NCBI GenBank assembly: GCA_964016885.1
Contig: OZ024740.1
Location: forward strand, 341,930,001 to 341,994,000
Direction of reading: 5' to 3'
DNA from: Eledone cirrhosa
Taxonomy: Eukaryota
Length of the DNA: 64,000 nt
Of the stretch, positions 11,107 to 29,978 are shown piece by piece. The first letter of the stretch is position 1. The number at the start of each line of letters is the position of its first letter. A program made the position numbers and the translations under genes. The notes beneath the pieces were generated by a model, which ran no database searches, had not been told where the DNA came from, and was given only the letters and a program-made list of their open reading frames with translations.

Positions 11107-14100
11107 ATCATCATCATCATTTTACGTCAGCTTTTCCCTTCTCGCAAGGGTGGGACGGGTCTTATTCAGCACAGCATCTCTCCACTCGTCACGGTCCCTC
11201 GTCATCTCCACCGTGAGCTTCAATGATCTGAGGTCTGTTCTCACCACCTCCGCCCATGTTTTTTGTGGTCCACCTCTACCACGTCTTCCTTCAACTGGCA
11301 ATTCCTGGCACTTCTTCACCCATCGGTCATCCTCCATGCGCATCACATGTCCATACCACCCGAGTCTCCTCTCCCGTACACTACATTCTATCCCTCTCAG
11401 ACACAGTTTCTCTCTCAACACATTTATGCTGGGTCGTTCACGCACATTTACACTGCACATCCAACGGAGCATGCTTGCCTCATTTCTCTCCAGCCGTCGC
11501 ATATCCTCTGCAGTTGCTGCCCATGTCTCACTATCATGCAGCATCGCGCTCCTCACACAGGCATCATACAACCGGCCTTTTGTACGCAGGGAGAAACCCT
11601 TCTTCGTCAACAGAGGAAGCAGCTCCCTAAACTTCTTCCAACCCGTCCTTATTCTAGATACTATGGCCTCGGAACACCCTCCTCCCATGCTAATCTGATC
11701 TCCTAGGTACCGGAAGCTATCCACCACTTTTATAGCGCCCTCTTGCATTTGAAAAATGTGTCTATCAGTGCGACTTCTACTGTCTAATTTCCCTGTACAT
11801 CTACTGCATACATATTTCTTCCTACCTGTTAGTTTGCCTGCTATCCCGCTACATCTCTTGTGTACCCAGGATCTGCATTGTGTGCATTTTATAGAATGTA
11901 TGCCAGTTCCTTTTCTGCATATCGAACATGGCCATTTCCCTGACGGAATCAGGGTTTTGTCCTCTTTTCTACTCATCAACACTTTTGTCTTAGCTAGATT
12001 CACTCTCAGTCCTCTTGCTTCCAACTGCTGTTTCCATAGCCAGATTTCTCTAGCTCCTCTACTGATTCTGCTATAAGAACCAGATCGTCAGCGTAGAGAA
12101 GTTCCCATGGACAGCCAGTCTTAAACTCCTCTGTTATGGCTTGGAGGACTATAATGAACAAGAGCGGGCTGAGGACCGAACCCTGATGTACTCCTACTTG
12201 TATCTGGAATTCCTCACTAAACTCCATTCCTACCCTGACTTTACAGAGTACCTCTGTACAAAGTTTGCACTGTCCTCACAAGCCATTCCTCAACACCCAG
12301 CTTCCTTAGGGACCACCAGATGACAGATCGGGGTACCCTATCAAAGGCCTCCTCTATGTCAACAAAGGCTAAGTATAGTGGCTTATTCTTCTCTAAGAAC
12401 CTCTCTTGCAATTGTCTCACCAAGAAGAGGGCATCTGTTGTACTCTTCCCAGGCACAAAACCAAACTGCATCTCATCTAGTTTGACCCTTTCTCTAATTA
12501 GTTGTGCTAAAATCTTTTCTGCCACTTTCATAACCTGATCTATCAGTTTTATACCCCTATAATTGCTCCTCTCCAAAGTATCCCCTTTACCTTTGTAGCA
12601 ATTTATGAGAATACTGCTGCACCAGTCTTTGGGTATGACACCACCATATATAGCCTGATTGATGATGCGTGCAACCAGTTTAGTGCCTACGTCCCCTGAT
12701 GCCTTCAGCATCTCAGCAACTATTCCCGATGGTCCGGCAGCCTTACCATTTTTCATTTCCCTAATCGCCTCTTGAACCCTATATTCGTCAATCTCAATAG
12801 TTGGTCTCTCTGTCGGATCCACCAAGGGTAATTTCTCTCTCTCCCATTCGTTCTCCACATTCATCAGTCTCTAATAATGACATTTCCAGGCCTCCTTTTT
12901 CTGATCATTCGTGACACTAAGTACACCGGTATCATCCCGGACACATTTATCTCGAACAACATCCTGATTTGCATTGACACACTGCCTTGCAATGTGGAAC
13001 ACCGCACGCCTCTGATCTTCCCGTCGCAGAACATTGGCAAACCCCCTACTCTCTGCCTCCCTGCGTGCTAAGTACACCTGACGTCTAGCTTCTCTCTTAG
13101 TGGCTGTATATTCTTCCCTACTCCCACCCTTTTTCCAAGCCTTCCATGCTAGTCTTTTGTCTCTAATAGCCTTATCTACTGTGCTGTTCCACCACCAGGT
13201 CACTCTCTGTCTGGTTGGAGCTCTGCTCCAGCCACAGGTTTCATCAGTAGCCTGCAGCAAGTTGTCACGTAAGAAATTCCAGTTATTATCTATGTCATAC
13301 GTCTCTAAATCGCCTTCTTTTTCGTCATATACATCTTGAAGGGCTTTCCTAAATTTGTATTTTAGTGAAAGGTCTTTTAGCTTCCAGACCTTTCTTCTCC
13401 ACACCTTCCTATATGTCTCATTCCATCTCTTGCTTACTGAGATATCACTAACAACTAACCTATGCTGTGGGGTACATTCTTCCCCAGGGTATGCCTTGGT
13501 ATTAGACACTATCTGCCTGTCCCGCTGCCTAACTAGCAGGAAGTCAATCTGGCTTATGTGCTCACCAGATTTGTAGGTTATTAGGTGATTGGCAGGTTTC
13601 TGGAAGTTTGTGTTGCAAATAGTCAATGTACCCTCATCACAAAATTCAAGAAGTCTCACTCCTTCTTCATTTCTTGAACCGTAACCGTGCCCACCATGTA
13701 CCCCAGTGTAACTATCCTGGAGCTGTCCAACATGACCATTGAAGTCTCCTGCTAGCATAACAATGTCTCCGTCCTCTGTCATTGCGGTTGTTTGCAAAAG
13801 TTGCTCATAAAAGCAGTCTTTCTCATCTTTGCCTAGGCCTGCTTGGGGAGCATAGGCCGAGATGATTGTCAGTAGTCTCCTACCTACAACTAATCTAAGC
13901 TTAATTATTCGATTACTAACTCGAACTACCTCTATTGTCTTATTGATCCATTTCTCAGCCAGGAAAATGCCTACTCCCCCTAGCCCATCATCCTTACCTA
14001 CCCAGAATAGCTTATAGCTAAGACGCTTGCCTACGACTAGTCTCGCAGAGGCACCTCTCCATCTCACCTCTTGCACACAGCACACATCCACCTGCCTTCT

Positions 14101-14395
14101 CTCCAGCATCTCCGCTATTTCAGCAGATCTACCTCTGAGAGTGCCAACATTAAGTGTTGCAACTCTGAGATGCGACGTCTTCATATTTTGTTGATGTTCC
14201 TATTTGTTGCTGTGCTGATAAGAGTTTTGGCATTGATACACTGGTTGGATGCCCTTCCTAACACCAGCGCCACTTTACAGCATGGACTGGGTGCTTTTAT
14301 TTGTGCCACCAGCACTAGAGAGGATGTCTTACTAGACTCAAGGGCCCTCTCTACCCCTCCATTTTACAGCATGGTCATAAAAAAAAAAAAAAAAC
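11107..14395 (-). mobile_element. Near full-length RTE-clade LINE, family C (single APE-RT ORF, disrupted)
   Basis: 5' UTR, then ORF pieces 14184-12871 (APE: ATLNVGT, VQEVRW, AYAPQ, GDFNGHVG, QIDF, QHRLV), 12864-12241, 12227-12006 ([12 protein letters not shown]) and 12024-11122; (GAT)n tail at 11107-11120. Confidence 0.95.
11122..14184 (-). pseudogene. RTE endonuclease-reverse transcriptase ORF with one in-frame stop and two frameshifts
   Basis: In-frame TAG at 12871-12873; frame changes near 12240 and near 12040. Confidence 0.9.
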
Positions 14396-14751
14396 ATTGA
14401 CACGACGCACACACAAACACACCAACACTCATGCATACAAACCACAACCACACACACGCCACTCACATACCAACACTCATTCATGCATACAATCACACAC
14501 ACCACTCACAAACACACATATATATACATATATTACCGACAGTACTGATACAAATACAAAATCAAAATCAATATTATGTCAACTGTTGACCTTTCCCAGT
14601 CCAGTTCAGCTTGTATATAATAACAATAATAATAATTGTTTGCTTTACACTGGTAATGGCGTTGGTGGTGGTGAATGGTCGTGGATGGTGCCAGTGTGGT
14701 GGTGGTGGATGGTGTCAGTGTATATGTATATCTATATATATGTATATCTAT

Positions 14752-16443
14752 ATAACGTTGAATAACTTAGAAATGTTTTGGCCAGTATTGGCCCAGGCCA
14801 TGTCTAACTTAATAGCACCACCTGGCGAAGTCTTTCAACTCAGGATTTGGGCACCATGCCCCATTCGAGAAAAGAATTACTGTTTGCGGAGACATATCCG
14901 GGTGTGGCTAGTTTGTCCGGGATTACTTGGAGGAATTTGTCCAAAGACTTCTTGAATTTTGTGTGGTCAGTTTCTGTTTTGACGTGTCCTGGTGTGATGT
15001 TGAAGAGAGCAGGGCCAATTGAGGTGAAATAATTGTGCCGTATTGTTGTTATGTGTTGCGATTTAGATTTTTGTTTGGGACGGATAGCACGGGGCCCAAG
15101 CCTTGGGTGTATTTTGAAGGTGATGCCAACATCATTTGGGCAGTGCTGATGAAACATTTTCCACATCATGCAGATAATATAACGCTCACAGCGACGTTGA
15201 AGTGAGTAAAGTTTCAGCTTTTCTAGTCGACCCCAGTAGTCAAGGTCTGACATGCCATCTATCTTTTTCGTGATTGCTCTTTGGGGAGCTTCAAGTTTCA
15301 TGATACTTTGTTTCATGTGGGGAGACCACAGTGGACAACAGTATTCAAGGTGTGGTCGGGCAAAAGTGGAGAAGAGAAGGATAATGGTGTGGGAATCTCT
15401 CGACTGGAAGGTTCTGAGGATCCAGGAACACATTCTGCGGGCCATGTCAACTTTGCTGCTTATATGTGTGGCCCAGCTTATGTTGCTGTCCACGGTTACT
15501 CCCAAGTCTCTGATGTTGTTAGATGCCACGAGAGTTTCACCGGAGGGAAGGGAGTACGGGAGTTTCAGAGCATCCTCTTTTCCAAAGTGGATCAGTTCGA
15601 ATTTGTCTTCGTTCAGTAACATGTTGTTCTTTTCCGCACATTGGGTAACAGCCAGTAGGCCTGACTGAAGGCTTATCCGGTCATCCACGCCATTGATGAC
15701 CTTTTGGAGCTTGGAATCATCAGCGAAAATTCTAATGTTGCTGTGTTTGATGATGTCAGTGATGTCATTAATATAGATGATGAAGAGAAGTGGGCCCAAC
15801 ACAGTGCCTTGTGGGACCCCAATACTGATTTTGGCTGGGCTGGATTTGACTCCTTCGACTACAACATGTTGGGTTCTGTTTGACAGGAAGCTCTTGATCC
15901 ACTGCAGCAGCTTTCCAGTGACACCAATATTGGACAGCTTTCTCAGTAGAATGTTGTGATTAACCCTGTCAAAGGCCTTGCTGAAATCAAGGTAGATAAT
16001 ATCAGTGTTGGAACCCTCTCCCAAGGCTCTCAAAATGTCATCAAAGTGATGCAGTAGCTGCATCAGGCAATCCCTTCCATTACGGAATCCATGCTGGTTG
16101 GAGTTCAGCATATTGTTACTCAGAAGGAAGTGAGTCATTCGCGATCTCACCACTCTCTCAAATACCTTAATGATGTGAGAGGTGAGTGAGATTGGACGGT
16201 AATTCACGGCAAGGGATTTGTTTCCTTTTTTGAAAACTGGGAATACAGACTGGGATAGAAGGTTTTCTGGCACATATCCAGCATCCAGTGAGTTCCGCCA
16301 CAGATTGGCAAGAGGCGATGCAAGTTGGTGTTGATACGCCTTCAAGACACAAGCAGGGAACCTATCGGGACCTACTGCTGAATTATGCTTGATTTCCTTT
16401 ATTGCCGCTAAGACATCAGGGGCGCCAAACGTTCTGTCCGATG
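14752..16443 (-). mobile_element. 5'-truncated CR1-group LINE
   Basis: RT coding (NYRPISLTS, QHGF, DFSKAFD, VPQG, FADD, RPHLEYC) is near-identical to 43960-46980; same 3' UTR; abuts (TA)n at both ends. Confidence 0.95.
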
Positions 16444-16525
16444 TATATCTATATATATATATATCTATATATATATATGTATATCTATATATATATATAT
16501 ATATATACATATATAGATATACATA

Positions 16526-16557
<32 letters not shown>

Positions 16558-16560
16558 CAT

Positions 16561-19404
16561 GGAGTAGGAATCATGGTAGCAGAAAAGTGGGCAGATAAGA
16601 TAATAGACGTAAATAGAGTGAACGACAGAATAATTAAAATACGACTTGTCCTCAATAGAACTACGGTGACAGTAATATCTGCGTACGCACCCCAATCCGG
16701 ACTGCCCGGCACTATAAAAGACAGATTCTATGAGACACTGTTGCTAACTACCTCCCAAATATCTGACAGTGACTATATAATTATTGCAGGCGACCTAAAT
16801 GGTCACGTTGGACAACATTGTGACGGCTATGACGAAATCCATGAAGGCTATGGGTTTGGTACTAGAAATGAGGAAGGCTCCAGAATCCTGGAATTCTGTG
16901 ATGCAAATAACCTAACTATCTGTAACACTAACTTCAAAAAACGTGACAATCACCTGATCACCTATAGATCCAGGGAACACACAAGCCAGGTAGATTATAT
17001 CCTTACCAGAAGACGTGACAGAGTGTCTGTTGTAAACACTAAATCCCTCCCCCATGAAGAATGCACCTCCCAACATAGACTGATAATTAGCGACCTCATA
17101 GTCAGGACGAGACGTACTCGACAGCAGAAGAGGACTATCCTCAGGAGAAAAATATGGAAGCTAAAGGACCCCACAGCCAGAAATAAATTTCAAAGCATAT
17201 TACTTGATGCTTTCGACAGTAAGGAAGAACATTTAGAATCGGACAATATAGAGGGACAGTGGGAATTTCTGAAAGCAAACCTGCTGTTGGCGACAGACGA
17301 AGTCTGTGGCTGGAGCAGGCCTGTAGGCAGGAGGAGAGTAACATGGTGGTGGAACAGTAAGGTGGAGGGGTCAATTAAGGCCAAAAAGCAGGCTTGGAAA
17401 GTATGGCGGGATGGGGGAAGTAGAGTAGACTATCAAGTGGCCAGGAGGGAAGCTAGGAGAGAAGTGTACTTAGCAAGAAGGGAAGCTGAGGAAAGAAAGT
17501 TCAAGCATGTTCTACAACGCGATGACCAAAAACGTGAGGTGTTCAGGATTGCTAGGCAATGCGTCAAGGAAAACCGTGAAATTGTCGGGGAGAAGTGTAT
17601 ACTTAACGATGATGGCATACTTGCCATCACCGACACTGATAAGAAGGTAGCTTGGAAGTGTCACTATGAAAGGCTACTAAATGAGGAGAATAAATGGGAG
17701 AAAGACAGTCTCCCCCATATCGACCCAATAGAGGGACCAGCAGTGTTAGCCGAGGGGAGTATAATAAGTAAGGCAATCAAGGATATGAAGACGGGTAAGG
17801 CGGCTGGGCCTTCGGAAATAGTTGCTGAGATGCTGAAGGCATCTGGCACGGTGGGACACACCATGGTCACCCGCATAGTTAACCAAGTCGTACAGAATGG
17901 GGTTGTTCCGAAGGACTGGCATAGCAGCATCATCGTTAACTGTTATAAGGGTAAAGGAGACGCTCTAGATAGGAGTAACTATAGAGGCATTAAATTAATC
18001 GACCAGGTCATGAAGGTCACGGAAAAAGTAATAGAGCAACTAATCAGAGAGAGAATTGACCTAAATGAAATGCAGTTCGGGTTTGTGTCAGGAAAAAGTA
18101 CCACAGACGCTCTTTTCATAGTACGACAACTACAGGAGAAGTACCTAGCTAAAGGTAAACCCCTCTACTTAGCTTTTGTCGACTTGGAGAAAGCCTTCGA
18201 CAGAGTCCCCCGCTCCATTATCTGGTGGGCTCTTAGAAAACTAGGCGTTGACGAATGGCTTGTGAGGGCTATACAAGCCATGTATAAAGAAACAGTCAGC
18301 AAGGTTAGAATTAACAACGAATATAGTGAAGAGTTTAGCGTAAAAGTTGGCGTCCATCAGGGCTCTGTTCTCAGCCCCCTACTATTTATTATTGCCCTTC
18401 AGGCTATAACAGAGGAGTTCAAGACAGGCTGCCCATGGGAACTCCTATACGCAGACGACCTGACACTCATAGCGGAATCAATGGCCGAGCTAGAGAAGAA
18501 ATTCCAAACATGGAAGCACGGCCTAGAGTCAAAAGGACTTAAAATTAACCTGGCTAAGACCAAAGTTCTAGTTTGTAGGAAAGAAAACAAGGCGGCGGTC
18601 CCTTCTGGGAAATGGTCATGCTCGGTGTGTAGGAAAGGCGTAGGTAGAAACTCCATTTTATGTCCTAAATGCAAAGTATGGGTGCATAAAAGATGTAGTG
18701 GGATCACAGGTAAGCTAACTAAGAACATAGATTTTACATGTGACCGGTGCTCTGGTGCAATAAGTAGCAGCAAGTGCCCACTAAATACTAGCTCTTTCAA
18801 TTGCGCAGAGGGTTCTATAGAAATAGTGGACAGCTTCTGTTACCTGGGCGATAAAATCAGCAGTGGGGGAGGGTGCTCTGAAAGTACTGTAGCTAGAGTC
18901 AGAACTGGTTGGAAAAAGTTCAGAGAGCTTATACCATTATTAGCTGCTAAAGGGTTCTCCCTAAAAATGAAAGGCAGGTTGTACGATGCCTGCATACGAA
19001 CAGCAATGTTGCATGGCAGTGAGACCTGGGCATTGTGTGCAGAGGATATACGCAGACTAGAGAGGAACGAAGCTTTGATGCTCCGCTGGATGTGTAACAG
19101 TAATATACGTGAACGGCAAAGCATAAACGAACTAAGGAAAAAATTAGAGATAAGAGGGATCAGATGTTGTTTACTCGAGAGAAGGCTACGTTGGTATGGA
19201 CACGTGATGCGCATGAAAGTCGATAGCTGTATAACAAAGTGCAGGGCAATAAAGATAGACGGTAGTCACGGAATAGGCAGACCTAGAAAAACCTGGGACG
19301 AGCTGATAAACTCCGACCTCACACACTTACACCTCTCCAAGACAATGTCACTGGACCGAGACCTTTGGCGGTACTCAGTAACAGAGAAGACCCGCGTTAC
19401 CTAA
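16561..19404 (+). CDS. RTE APE endonuclease (N-terminus missing), reverse transcriptase, PHD-like finger
   Basis: About 947 open codons: [53 protein letters not shown]; the ORF-track start at 16402 is microsatellite read-through. Confidence 0.93.
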   Translation, partial: GVGIMVAEKWADKIIDVNRVNDRIIKIRLVLNRTTVTVISAYAPQSGLPGTIKDRFYETLLLTTSQISDSDYIIIAGDLNGHVGQHCDGYDEIHEGYGFGTRNEEGSRILEFCDANNLTICNTNFKKRDNHLITYRSREHTSQVDYILTRRRDRVSVVNTKSLPHEECTSQHRLIISDLIVRTRRTRQQKRTILRRKIWKLKDPTARNKFQSILLDAFDSKEEHLESDNIEGQWEFLKANLLLATDEVCGWSRPVGRRRVTWWWNSKVEGSIKAKKQAWKVWRDGGSRVDYQVARREARREVYLARREAEERKFKHVLQRDDQKREVFRIARQCVKENREIVGEKCILNDDGILAITDTDKKVAWKCHYERLLNEENKWEKDSLPHIDPIEGPAVLAEGSIISKAIKDMKTGKAAGPSEIVAEMLKASGTVGHTMVTRIVNQVVQNGVVPKDWHSSIIVNCYKGKGDALDRSNYRGIKLIDQVMKVTEKVIEQLIRERIDLNEMQFGFVSGKSTTDALFIVRQLQEKYLAKGKPLYLAFVDLEKAFDRVPRSIIWWALRKLGVDEWLVRAIQAMYKETVSKVRINNEYSEEFSVKVGVHQGSVLSPLLFIIALQAITEEFKTGCPWELLYADDLTLIAESMAELEKKFQTWKHGLESKGLKINLAKTKVLVCRKENKAAVPSGKWSCSVCRKGVGRNSILCPKCKVWVHKRCSGITGKLTKNIDFTCDRCSGAISSSKCPLNTSSFNCAEGSIEIVDSFCYLGDKISSGGGCSESTVARVRTGWKKFRELIPLLAAKGFSLKMKGRLYDACIRTAMLHGSETWALCAEDIRRLERNEALMLRWMCNSNIRERQSINELRKKLEIRGIRCCLLERRLRWYGHVMRMKVDSCITKCRAIKIDGSHGIGRPRKTWDELINSDLTHLHLSKTMSLDRDLWRYSVTEKTRVT

Positions 19405-19800
19405 ATATATAGTAAAACCTACTCCAGCCAGTAGGCATCTCTAACAAAATACACCCCGTCCCACCACCACCACCCCCACCCCGTCCACACCACCCCGTTC
19501 TATGTAAAGTTATGTTGGTGCCGCGCCATCCAGGCCGAAACAAATGAGATCGTGTAGGTGTCACGACAAAAAAACACACAGTCCACGCTGTAATGTGGCC
19601 ATGTAGGCAACACGGTAAAAACCTCCCAGACCCATACTGTAAATGTGGTTGGTGTTAGGAAGGGCATCCAACTGTAGAAAACCTGCCAGACAGTCCTATG
19701 CGAGCAAGACAATCACTCTTGCCTCAAGTGGGACTACCCCCGTCCAAACCCATGCAAGCGTGGAACACGGACGTTAAAAGTTGATGATGATGATGATGAT
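16561..19800 (+). mobile_element. RTE-clade LINE family A, slightly 5'-truncated, uninterrupted ORF
   Basis: Begins inside the APE domain directly after (TA)n; ~390-bp 3' UTR; (GAT)n tail running into (TA)n. Confidence 0.96.
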
Positions 19801-21358
<1,558 letters not shown>

Positions 21359-21675
21359 ATGGCGTCACGCAGTAATACAGGGTACCCAACCTCCCATGGG
21401 TACATGCTGAAGCATATAAACAAAAATGCCCCCTCCCCCCCCCCACCGCAAGGTGGTCGTGGAGGTGCCACAGCAAAAAAGCACCCAGCACTCACTGTAA
21501 ATGAGGTTGGTGTTAGGAAGGGCATCCAGCTGTAGAAATCAAGCCAGATCAGTTCCTGTATGAGCAAGGCATGGTCAGCCGACCAGACACTGCCCACATC
21601 AGGACAACCCGTCTAACCCATGCTAGCATGGAAGAACGGACGTAAAACGGTGATGATGATGATGATGATGATGAT
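21359..21675 (+). mobile_element. RTE family B, 3'-terminal ~315 bp
   Basis: Matches 6728-7058 (WRH.VIQ.T.PPMGTC*, UTR, (GAT)n) but with one fewer UTR repeat unit. Confidence 0.92.
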
Positions 21676-24440
<2,765 letters not shown>

Positions 24441-24683
24441 ATGTAAGTATGCATGTATACGTACATACATATATGTATACAGACGTACAGTAGCATGCAC
24501 ATATATATATATATATATACATATATATATACATATGCATACAGGTACACATACATATATGCACGTATCAGTTTAGCGGCGCTAACGTCGCTTTGTTCGT
24601 TTGTAAACAAACTGAACAGCCTGAATTTATGCCATACGGTGTTAAGGCAACCACGTCACCTTTTTGTTCAACACTGACACAGG

Positions 24684-24728
24684 AACGATGTACTAGTTTC
24701 AAGCTTGTTAGCTATCATCAGCACCGTT
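24684..24728 (-). ncRNA. Minimal type I hammerhead ribozyme (first of 12 copies; others start at 25152, 25620, 26088, 26556, 27024, 27492, 27958, 28427, 28897, 29365, 29835)
   Basis: AACGGUG-CUGAUGA-U-AGCU-AACA-AGCU-U-GAAAC-UA-GUA-CAUCGUU: 7-bp stem I, intact core, 4-bp stem II, palindromic stem III ACUAGU; predicted cut between 24691 and 24690. Confidence 0.85.
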
Positions 24729-24801
24729 TACCCATCTGCCAGATAGTTGAACGTTCGAAAGTATATACTTTCCTTATGAAAATTAACGGCTGGGCAGCCT
24801 A

Positions 24802-24809
24802 ATTTGCAT
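24802..24809 (-). promoter_or_regulatory. Perfect octamer motif ATGCAAAT, one per 468-bp unit
   Basis: ATTTGCAT on the + strand, about 75 bp upstream of the hammerhead in RNA sense; function not shown. Confidence 0.35.
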
Positions 24810-27800
24810 ATTGAGTGAGTTAAATCGGTCAGGCATACCGAAAACGATAAATTGAAACAAAATGAAAACGAAATTTCATTTCTCACTCTTAGTATGGCAC
24901 TTACTTAAATGTAAGTATGCATGTATACGTACATACATATATGTATACAGACGTACAGTAGCATGCACATATATATATATATATATACATATATATATAC
25001 ATATGCATACAGGTACACATACATATATGCACGTATCAGTTTAGCGGCGCTAACGTCGCTTTGTTCGTTTGTAAACAAACTGAACAGCCTGAATTTATGC
25101 CATACGGTGTTAAGGCAACCACGTCACCTTTTTGTTCAACACTGACACAGGAACGATGTACTAGTTTCAAGCTTGTTAGCTATCATCAGCACCGTTTACC
25201 CATCTGCCAGATAGTTGAACGTTCGAAAGTATATACTTTCCTTATGAAAATTAACGGCTGGGCAGCCTAATTTGCATATTGAGTGAGTTAAATCGGTCAG
25301 GCATACCGAAAACGATAAATTGAAACAAAATGAAAACGAAATTTCATTTCTCACTCTTAGTATGGCACTTACTTAAATGTAAGTATGCATGTATACGTAC
25401 ATACATATATGTATACAGACGTACAGTAGCATGCACATATATATATATATATATACATATATATATACATATGCATACAGGTACACATACATATATGCAC
25501 GTATCAGTTTAGCGGCGCTAACGTCGCTTTGTTCGTTTGTAAACAAACTGAACAGCCTGAATTTATGCCATACGGTGTTAAGGCAACCACGTCACCTTTT
25601 TGTTCAACACTGACACAGGAACGATGTACTAGTTTCAAGCTTGTTAGCTATCATCAGCACCGTTTACCCATCTGCCAGATAGTTGAACGTTCGAAAGTAT
25701 ATACTTTCCTTATGAAAATTAACGGCTGGGCAGCCTAATTTGCATATTGAGTGAGTTAAATCGGTCAGGCATACCGAAAACGATAAATTGAAACAAAATG
25801 AAAACGAAATTTCATTTCTCACTCTTAGTATGGCACTTACTTAAATGTAAGTATGCATGTATACGTACATACATATATGTATACAGACGTACAGTAGCAT
25901 GCACATATATATATATATATATACATATATATATACATATGCATACAGGTACACATACATATATGCACGTATCAGTTTAGCGGCGCTAACGTCGCTTTGT
26001 TCGTTTGTAAACAAACTGAACAGCCTGAATTTATGCCATACGGTGTTAAGGCAACCACGTCACCTTTTTGTTCAACACTGACACAGGAACGATGTACTAG
26101 TTTCAAGCTTGTTAGCTATCATCAGCACCGTTTACCCATCTGCCAGATAGTTGAACGTTCGAAAGTATATACTTTCCTTATGAAAATTAACGGCTGGGCA
26201 GCCTAATTTGCATATTGAGTGAGTTAAATCGGTCAGGCATACCGAAAACGATAAATTGAAACAAAATGAAAACGAAATTTCATTTCTCACTCTTAGTATG
26301 GCACTTACTTAAATGTAAGTATGCATGTATACGTACATACATATATGTATACAGACGTACAGTAGCATGCACATATATATATATATATATACATATATAT
26401 ATACATATGCATACAGGTACACATACATATATGCACGTATCAGTTTAGCGGCGCTAACGTCGCTTTGTTCGTTTGTAAACAAACTGAACAGCCTGAATTT
26501 ATGCCATACGGTGTTAAGGCAACCACGTCACCTTTTTGTTCAACACTGACACAGGAACGATGTACTAGTTTCAAGCTTGTTAGCTATCATCAGCACCGTT
26601 TACCCATCTGCCAGATAGTTGAACGTTCGAAAGTATATACTTTCCTTATGAAAATTAACGGCTGGGCAGCCTAATTTGCATATTGAGTGAGTTAAATCGG
26701 TCAGGCATACCGAAAACGATAAATTGAAACAAAATGAAAACGAAATTTCATTTCTCACTCTTAGTATGGCACTTACTTAAATGTAAGTATGCATGTATAC
26801 GTACATACATATATGTATACAGACGTACAGTAGCATGCACATATATATATATATATATACATATATATATACATATGCATACAGGTACACATACATATAT
26901 GCACGTATCAGTTTAGCGGCGCTAACGTCGCTTTGTTCGTTTGTAAACAAACTGAACAGCCTGAATTTATGCCATACGGTGTTAAGGCAACCACGTCACC
27001 TTTTTGTTCAACACTGACACAGGAACGATGTACTAGTTTCAAGCTTGTTAGCTATCATCAGCACCGTTTACCCATCTGCCAGATAGTTGAACGTTCGAAA
27101 GTATATACTTTCCTTATGAAAATTAACGGCTGGGCAGCCTAATTTGCATATTGAGTGAGTTAAATCGGTCAGGCATACCGAAAACGATAAATTGAAACAA
27201 AATGAAAACGAAATTTCATTTCTCACTCTTAGTATGGCACTTACTTAAATGTAAGTATGCATGTATACGTACATACATATATGTATACAGACGTACAGTA
27301 GCATGCACATATATATATATATATATACATATATATATACATATGCATACAGGTACACATACATATATGCACGTATCAGTTTAGCGGCGCTAACGTCGCT
27401 TTGTTCGTTTGTAAACAAACTGAACAGCCTGAATTTATGCCATACGGTGTTAAGGCAACCACGTCACCTTTTTGTTCAACACTGACACAGGAACGATGTA
27501 CTAGTTTCAAGCTTGTTAGCTATCATCAGCACCGTTTACCCATCTGCCAGATAGTTGAACGTTCGAAAGTATATACTTTCCTTATGAAAATTAACGGCTG
27601 GGCAGCCTAATTTGCATATTGAGTGAGTTAAATCGGTCAGGCATACCGAAAACGATAAATTGAAACAAAATGAAAACGAAATTTCATTTCTCACTCTTAG
27701 TATGGCACTTACTTAAATGTAAGTATGCATGTATACGTACATACATATATGTATACAGACGTACAGTAGCATGCACATATATATATATATATACATATAT

Positions 27801-29978
27801 ATATACATATGCATACAGGTACACATACATATATGCACGTATCAGTTTAGCGGCGCTAACGTCGCTTTGTTCGTTTGTAAACAAACTGAACAGCCTGAAT
27901 TTATGCCATACGGTGTTAAGGCAACCACGTCACCTTTTTGTTCAACACTGACACAGGAACGATGTACTAGTTTCAAGCTTGTTAGCTATCATCAGCACCG
28001 TTTACCCATCTGCCAGATAGTTGAACGTTCGAAAGTATATACTTTCCTTATGAAAATTAACGGCTGGGCAGCCTAATTTGCATATTGAGTGAGTTAAATC
28101 GGTCAGGCATACCGAAAACGATAAATTGAAACAAAATGAAAACGAAATTTCATTTCTCACTCTTAGTATGGCACTTACTTAAATGTAAGTATGCATGTAT
28201 ACGTACATACATATATGTATACAGACGTACAGTAGCATGCACATATATATATATATATATACATATATATATACATATGCATACAGGTACACATACATAT
28301 ATGCACGTATCAGTTTAGCGGCGCTAACGTCGCTTTGTTCGTTTGTAAAACAAACTGAACAGCCTGAATTTATGCCATACGGTGTTAAGGCAACCACGTC
28401 ACCTTTTTGTTCAACACTGACACAGGAACGATGTACTAGTTTCAAGCTTGTTAGCTATCATCAGCACCGTTTACCCATCTGCCAGATAGTTGAACGTTCG
28501 AAAGTATATACTTTCCTTATGAAAATTAACGGCTGGGCAGCCTAATTTGCATATTGAGTGAGTTAAATCGGTCAGGCATACCGAAAACGATAAATTGAAA
28601 CAAAATGAAAACGAAATTTCATTTCTCACTCTTAGTATGGCACTTACTTAAATGTAAGTATGCATGTATACGTACATACATATATGTATACAGACGTACA
28701 GTAGCATGCACATATATATATATATATATACATATATATATACATATGCATACAGGTACACATACATATATGCACGTATCAGTTTAGCGGCGCTAACGTC
28801 GCTTTGTTCGTGTTTGTAAACAAACTGAACAGCCTGAATTTATGCCATACGGTGTTAAGGCAACCACGTCACCTTTTTGTTCAACACTGACACAGGAACG
28901 ATGTACTAGTTTCAAGCTTGTTAGCTATCATCAGCACCGTTTACCCATCTGCCAGATAGTTGAACGTTCGAAAGTATATACTTTCCTTATGAAAATTAAC
29001 GGCTGGGCAGCCTAATTTGCATATTGAGTGAGTTAAATCGGTCAGGCATACCGAAAACGATAAATTGAAACAAAATGAAAACGAAATTTCATTTCTCACT
29101 CTTAGTATGGCACTTACTTAAATGTAAGTATGCATGTATACGTACATACATATATGTATACAGACGTACAGTAGCATGCACATATATATATATATATATA
29201 CATATATATATACATATGCATACAGGTACACATACATATATGCACGTATCAGTTTAGCGGCGCTAACGTCGCTTTGTTCGTTTGTAAACAAACTGAACAG
29301 CCTGAATTTATGCCATACGGTGTTAAGGCAACCACGTCACCTTTTTGTTCAACACTGACACAGGAACGATGTACTAGTTTCAAGCTTGTTAGCTATCATC
29401 AGCACCGTTTACCCATCTGCCAGATAGTTGAACGTTCGAAAGTATATACTTTCCTTATGAAAAATTAACGGCTGGCAGCCTAATTTGCATATTGAGTGAG
29501 TTAAATCGGTCAGGCATACCGAAAACGATAAATTGAAACAAAATGAAAACGAAATTTCATTTCTCACTCTTAGTATGGCACTTACTTAAATGTAAGTATG
29601 CATGTATAACGTACATACATATATGTATACAGACGTACAAGTAGCATGCACATATATATATATATATATACATATATATATACATATGCATACAGGTACA
29701 CATACATATATGCACGTATCAGTTTAGCGGCGCTAACGTCGCTTTGTTCGTTTGTAAACAAACTGAACAGCCTGAATTTATGCCATACGGTGTTAAGGCA
29801 ACCACGTCACCTTTTTGTTCAACACTGACACAGGAACGATGTACTAGTTTCAAGCTTGTTAGCTATCATCAGCACCGTTTACCCATCTGCCAGATAGTTG
29901 AACGTTCGAAAGTATATACTTTCCTTATGAAAATTAACGGCTGGGCAGCCTAATTTGCATATTGAGTGAGTTAAATCG

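Noticed and set aside
14185-14395. HDV-like ribozyme in the RTE 5' UTR
   Set aside because: Known in some RTEs, but a nested double pseudoknot with the catalytic C could not be built by eye
16402-16560. N-terminal extension of the 1000-aa ORF, suggesting a CR1-RTE fusion
   Set aside because: Read-through of antisense CR1 and the TA tract; the two elements are separate and on opposite strands
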